A DNA stretch of 38,245 nt from positions 1 to 38,245 of the IMG/VR virus record IMGVR_UViG_3300048625_000129, one strand, 5' to 3'. This document shows positions 35,659-38,245 of this stretch, one piece after another; the first letter of the stretch is position 1, and every line of letters begins with the position of its first letter. The position numbers and the translations under genes were made by a program. The DNA comes from a virus (Duplodnaviria; Caudoviricetes). The notes under the pieces are model-generated. The model did no database searches and was not told the DNA's origin. It worked only from the letters and a program-made list of their open reading frames with translations.

Positions 35659-35936
35659 TCTGCGCCCCCGATCATGAAATCGTTGTAGTCCATGAAAAAG
35701 AAGACACGCGATCCATCTTCTTTGCACATATCCCAAGCGGTCGTGAACGCTTGCATCTGTGTCTGCGTGTGGTGATGCTTCCACTGGACGCACAGACTAC
35801 CTTTGCGGTCCTCGATCGTCCAAAGCAATGAATGAAGCTGATCAAGTGAAAGCCCAAGAATTTGGGCTGCAATTTTGGCGGCTTTTTCCAGTCTTTCGAC
35901 GCGCCACTGATTGCCATCATAGGCAATGTATTTCAT
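35655..35936 (-). CDS. Hypothetical protein (MKYIAYDG...)
   Basis: RBS GAAGGA; ATGA overlap with primase. Confidence 0.7.
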   Translation of the reverse strand: MKYIAYDGNQWRVERLEKAAKIAAQILGLSLDQLHSLLWTIEDRKGSLCVQWKHHHTQTQMQAFTTAWDMCKEDGSRVFFFMDYNDFMIGGAE

Positions 35937-35960
35937 AGCAAGTTCCTTCCCGCGCTGACA

Positions 35961-35997
35961 GAAAACAGATCGGCCGCGCGGCAAGAAGCCGATCTGT
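35961..35997 (-). terminator. Hairpin / possible terminator
   Basis: ACAGATCGGC-N13-GCCGATCTGT followed by short T run on minus strand. Confidence 0.45.
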
Positions 35998-36004
35998 GTG
36001 TTTA

Positions 36005-36187
36005 CTATACCCTAGCTTCGACCTGCTTCAGCAGTGACCGAATCGCCCAAGCCACTGCGCCTGGCACTTTAGTGTAGCCCTTGCGCCAGTTGATGATGGT
36101 CTGGTCACTGACGCCGAAGATGCTCTGCATGTCACGGTTCTTCATTTTCAGCACCGCCTGTGCGCGGACAAATTCATGCGATGTCAT
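36005..36187 (-). CDS. Small helix-turn-helix protein (60 aa)
   Basis: NRDMQSIFGVSDQTIINWRKG..VP. Confidence 0.78.
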   Translation of the reverse strand: MTSHEFVRAQAVLKMKNRDMQSIFGVSDQTIINWRKGYTKVPGAVAWAIRSLLKQVEARV

Positions 36188-36449
36188 GCTGGCCCCTTGC
36201 GCGGATGCGTTCGATCATTCGCATGGCCATCTTGTATTCAAGGGTGTCTCTGCCTGATCGTGGTATGTGCATTCTGATGTCAGATATGCACGCCTCACGC
36301 TCGATGGCGATGGCCGTCTGCACCGTTTCGTTTGTGTGCGCATAGACGACTTCCATGCGTCCAATTTGGTAACAGTTCAGCGCCAGGTGCAGCGTGTTGT
36401 CGTTGGCGCCGGCCGCCTTCAGGTCGATGATCAATTCTTGCAGTGTCAT
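36174..36449 (-). CDS. Hypothetical protein
   Basis: EREAC..IRARGQ motif of small phage early genes; coupled overlaps. Confidence 0.7.
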   Translation of the reverse strand: MTLQELIIDLKAAGANDNTLHLALNCYQIGRMEVVYAHTNETVQTAIAIEREACISDIRMHIPRSGRDTLEYKMAMRMIERIRARGQHDIA

Positions 36450-36562
36450 TTGTCACCCCGCAAACTGTAAGCCGCCACAGCGATCACGACTGCGACCGTT
36501 AGCGCACCGCTGGCAAAGATCAGACCCAGCAGGGTCAAAAGTGAACGTGTGTCTTCGGTCAT
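36446..36562 (-). CDS. Small TM peptide (MTEDTRSLL...)
   Basis: ATGA overlaps on both sides; single hydrophobic helix. Confidence 0.6.
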   Translation of the reverse strand: MTEDTRSLLTLLGLIFASGALTVAVVIAVAAYSLRGDK

Positions 36563-36759
36563 GCTTGCCCCTTGCGCAGCTTGGGCAGTGGCGCCCAGTG
36601 CGTATAAAAAGTTTCTTTGCCATTGAACTGGCCGTAAAGCGCCACGCCACCACGACCCAGCAGCTGTACCTTTACGCCGCGTGGGCATGTGTCGATTGGC
36701 TGCCAGAAATAGTTGTGGTCCACGGCTGCTGCGCCGGTGCTGTCTAATTGGGTCGTCAT
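36559..36759 (-). CDS. DUF551-like small protein
   Basis: WQPIDTCPRG..VQL..THWAPLP. Confidence 0.7.
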   Translation of the reverse strand: MTTQLDSTGAAAVDHNYFWQPIDTCPRGVKVQLLGRGGVALYGQFNGKETFYTHWAPLPKLRKGQA

Positions 36760-36941
36760 TTCCCAGCTCTCTTTCGTTTAATTTCCGCGATCTGTTCCCG
36801 CGCTTCGCGGAAGTAATCGACTTCGGATATTGGCTGCAGCTTTGCGTATGTGAACGGCCGTTGTCGGCGGATGCGCATGCGTGGTGGCCGTGGCTTGGTG
36901 GGCGATGGCCATGGTGCTGTTGGTGCAATGATGGTCTTCAT
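36756..36941 (-). CDS. Hypothetical basic protein (MKTIIAPTAPWP...)
   Basis: RBS GAGGA; ATGA overlaps. Confidence 0.6.
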   Translation of the reverse strand: MKTIIAPTAPWPSPTKPRPPRMRIRRQRPFTYAKLQPISEVDYFREAREQIAEIKRKRAGK

Positions 36942-37189
36942 GGTTCGTCCTCGCGCTCCACCGGCTCGACGCCGCGGCCGTGGCACTTATAGCAAGTCGA
37001 CCCGTCGTACATGCCTTCGCCGGAACCGCTGCAACCGCTGCAGATCTCGTCTTCGTCGTCTTCGTCAGGCTCCATTGTGACGGGCAGGTCTTTCTTGCCG
37101 AACGTGCGTTCCCAGTTGTCTGCGAATGTCCTGGTGTCCACGCTGAATGGGCGTGGATCTGATTGTTTGCCGCCGTCGCCGTGTCTCAT
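36938..37189 (-). CDS. Small protein with DnaJ-type CxxCxGxG zinc finger
   Basis: CSGCSGSG..CYKCHGRG after GDGGKQSDPRPFSV..NWERTFGKK. Confidence 0.75.
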   Translation of the reverse strand: MRHGDGGKQSDPRPFSVDTRTFADNWERTFGKKDLPVTMEPDEDDEDEICSGCSGSGEGMYDGSTCYKCHGRGVEPVEREDEP

Positions 37190-37365
37190 GCCGCCCCCTC
37201 GATCAATTCGGTGGCGATCTGGTACAGCACGGTGAAGTGGTTTTGGCCCATTTCCCAGGCGCCACGTTCTTCCAGCATCTTGTCCAGTGTCTTTTGCGCG
37301 GGTGTGCGCGTGTCTTCAAACAGCACGGCGCTGCTTTCTTGTTCGGTTGCGTATGGGTCTGTCAT
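37186..37365 (-). CDS. Hypothetical protein, 59 aa (MTDPYATEQ..., not in ORF track)
   Basis: Open frame with ATGA overlaps at both ends; RBS AGGAAG. Confidence 0.65.
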   Translation of the reverse strand: MTDPYATEQESSAVLFEDTRTPAQKTLDKMLEERGAWEMGQNHFTVLYQIATELIEGAA

Positions 37366-37826
37366 ATCTTCCTAGCTCCCCCAGATTTCACGATGTTGGC
37401 CACCTTCTTGATGGCGGTTTCCAGTTGTTTGACGTTCACGGCTTCTAGCTGTGCGTCGTGGATCTCCATGCCCCAGTTGATCGCTGTCAGCTCTGGGCCG
37501 CTGCAGATGAACTTGTCGCCAAGCTGCACGCCACGGCTGGCCATGGACTTCAGCGCGTCCTGGCCTTCGCGGATCTGCGCTCGGTAGGCTTCGCCCACGT
37601 TCTGCATGGTCAGTGCTTCGGCCATGTTCAGGGCGGCCACCACGGTGTCGATGTCACCGCGTGTGCCTTTGCCCTGGGCGATGGATGCCAGCGCGTCGTG
37701 GTTTCGGATGCGCAGGATCACCAGCGCGTCGTCGATCTCAGCCAATGGTTTCAGGCCGACCGACACGTGTGCCATGGTGTCCACGATCACGCCGCGTGGT
37801 CGGTACTTGCTGCGCTTGCGGGTCAT
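37362..37826 (-). CDS. Hypothetical phage protein (MTRKRSKYRPRG...)
   Basis: ATGA overlaps; helical, EL..IN...EIHDAQL motif. Confidence 0.78.
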   Translation of the reverse strand: MTRKRSKYRPRGVIVDTMAHVSVGLKPLAEIDDALVILRIRNHDALASIAQGKGTRGDIDTVVAALNMAEALTMQNVGEAYRAQIREGQDALKSMASRGVQLGDKFICSGPELTAINWGMEIHDAQLEAVNVKQLETAIKKVANIVKSGGARKI

Positions 37827-38041
37827 ACTGCGTGACGCACGATGGCGGTCATAAATACACCAGCAAACACACCAGCGCAGAACATGACCGCAAGCCACGG
37901 TGCGCATGCGTTGCGTTCTGATGCCGCGATCCTTTTTGCGAATCGCTCAAGGTCAGCGATGGAATTGAATGTCCATCCCTCGACCAACCCTTCGCACCAC
38001 TGCCACTTGCGCGCTATCCCGATCAGTTTGTCGCGGGTCAT
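37823..38041 (-). CDS. Hypothetical protein with C-terminal TM
   Basis: LERFA..ERNACA motif; ATGA overlaps. Confidence 0.65.
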   Translation of the reverse strand: MTRDKLIGIARKWQWCEGLVEGWTFNSIADLERFAKRIAASERNACAPWLAVMFCAGVFAGVFMTAIVRHAV

Positions 38042-38235
38042 TTCGCACCAGCCTTGCTGAAGTAGTAGAACGCTTTGGGTGCCAGGCTGCGCTCGTCCAC
38101 CATGGACATCTGCACGCCGTCTTTGCGTTTCTTGTTGACTACGCCAGACTGTCTGCGTGCGTTGATGGCATCGCGGTCCAGTGCTTTGGTGTCGATCTTG
38201 AAGATCGGGTTTTTGATGTCGAATGCGTTGGTCAT
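38038..38235 (-). CDS. Hypothetical protein (5' part duplicated at 1-117)
   Basis: Reads across the circular junction; ATGA overlap with the 114-542 stop. Confidence 0.7.
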   Translation of the reverse strand: MTNAFDIKNPIFKIDTKALDRDAINARRQSGVVNKKRKDGVQMSMVDERSLAPKAFYYFSKAGAK

Positions 38236-38245
38236 ACTGCCGCCG
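38119..38245. repeat. Terminal direct repeat, right copy
   Basis: Identical to 1-127. Confidence 0.95.

Overview
The window is an apparently complete circular genome of a temperate, lambda-like long-tailed dsDNA phage. Bases 1-127 exactly repeat 38119-38245, giving a unit length of 38,118 bp. A short rightward block (4562-9709) encodes a RecE-like exonuclease, a coiled-coil protein, a Rap1a/Tai-like secreted protein, an AAA ATPase, a Xis-like HTH protein, an intact attP containing the 3' half of a tRNA-Lys(UUU), a tyrosine integrase and a TraR/DksA protein. Everything else reads leftward: small early genes, SF2 helicase, SSB, VRR-NUC, primase-VapE helicase with an iteron origin, cos/TerS/TerL, lambda portal, fused protease-capsid, a lambda-type tail (tube, G/GT, H, M, L, K, I, J), two paralogous fibres and an extended lysis cassette. 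Most notable: (1) a ~181-aa lectin-like domain inserted inside tail-tip protein L; (2) a T6SS-immunity-like gene inserted behind a retained 14-codon relic of its neighbour's start; (3) a palindrome GTYAGY-N4-ACTRAC upstream of four late gene blocks in a phage with no recognisable CI repressor; (4) a structured RNA candidate upstream of ssb. Family assignments come from motif recognition by eye, not database searches.
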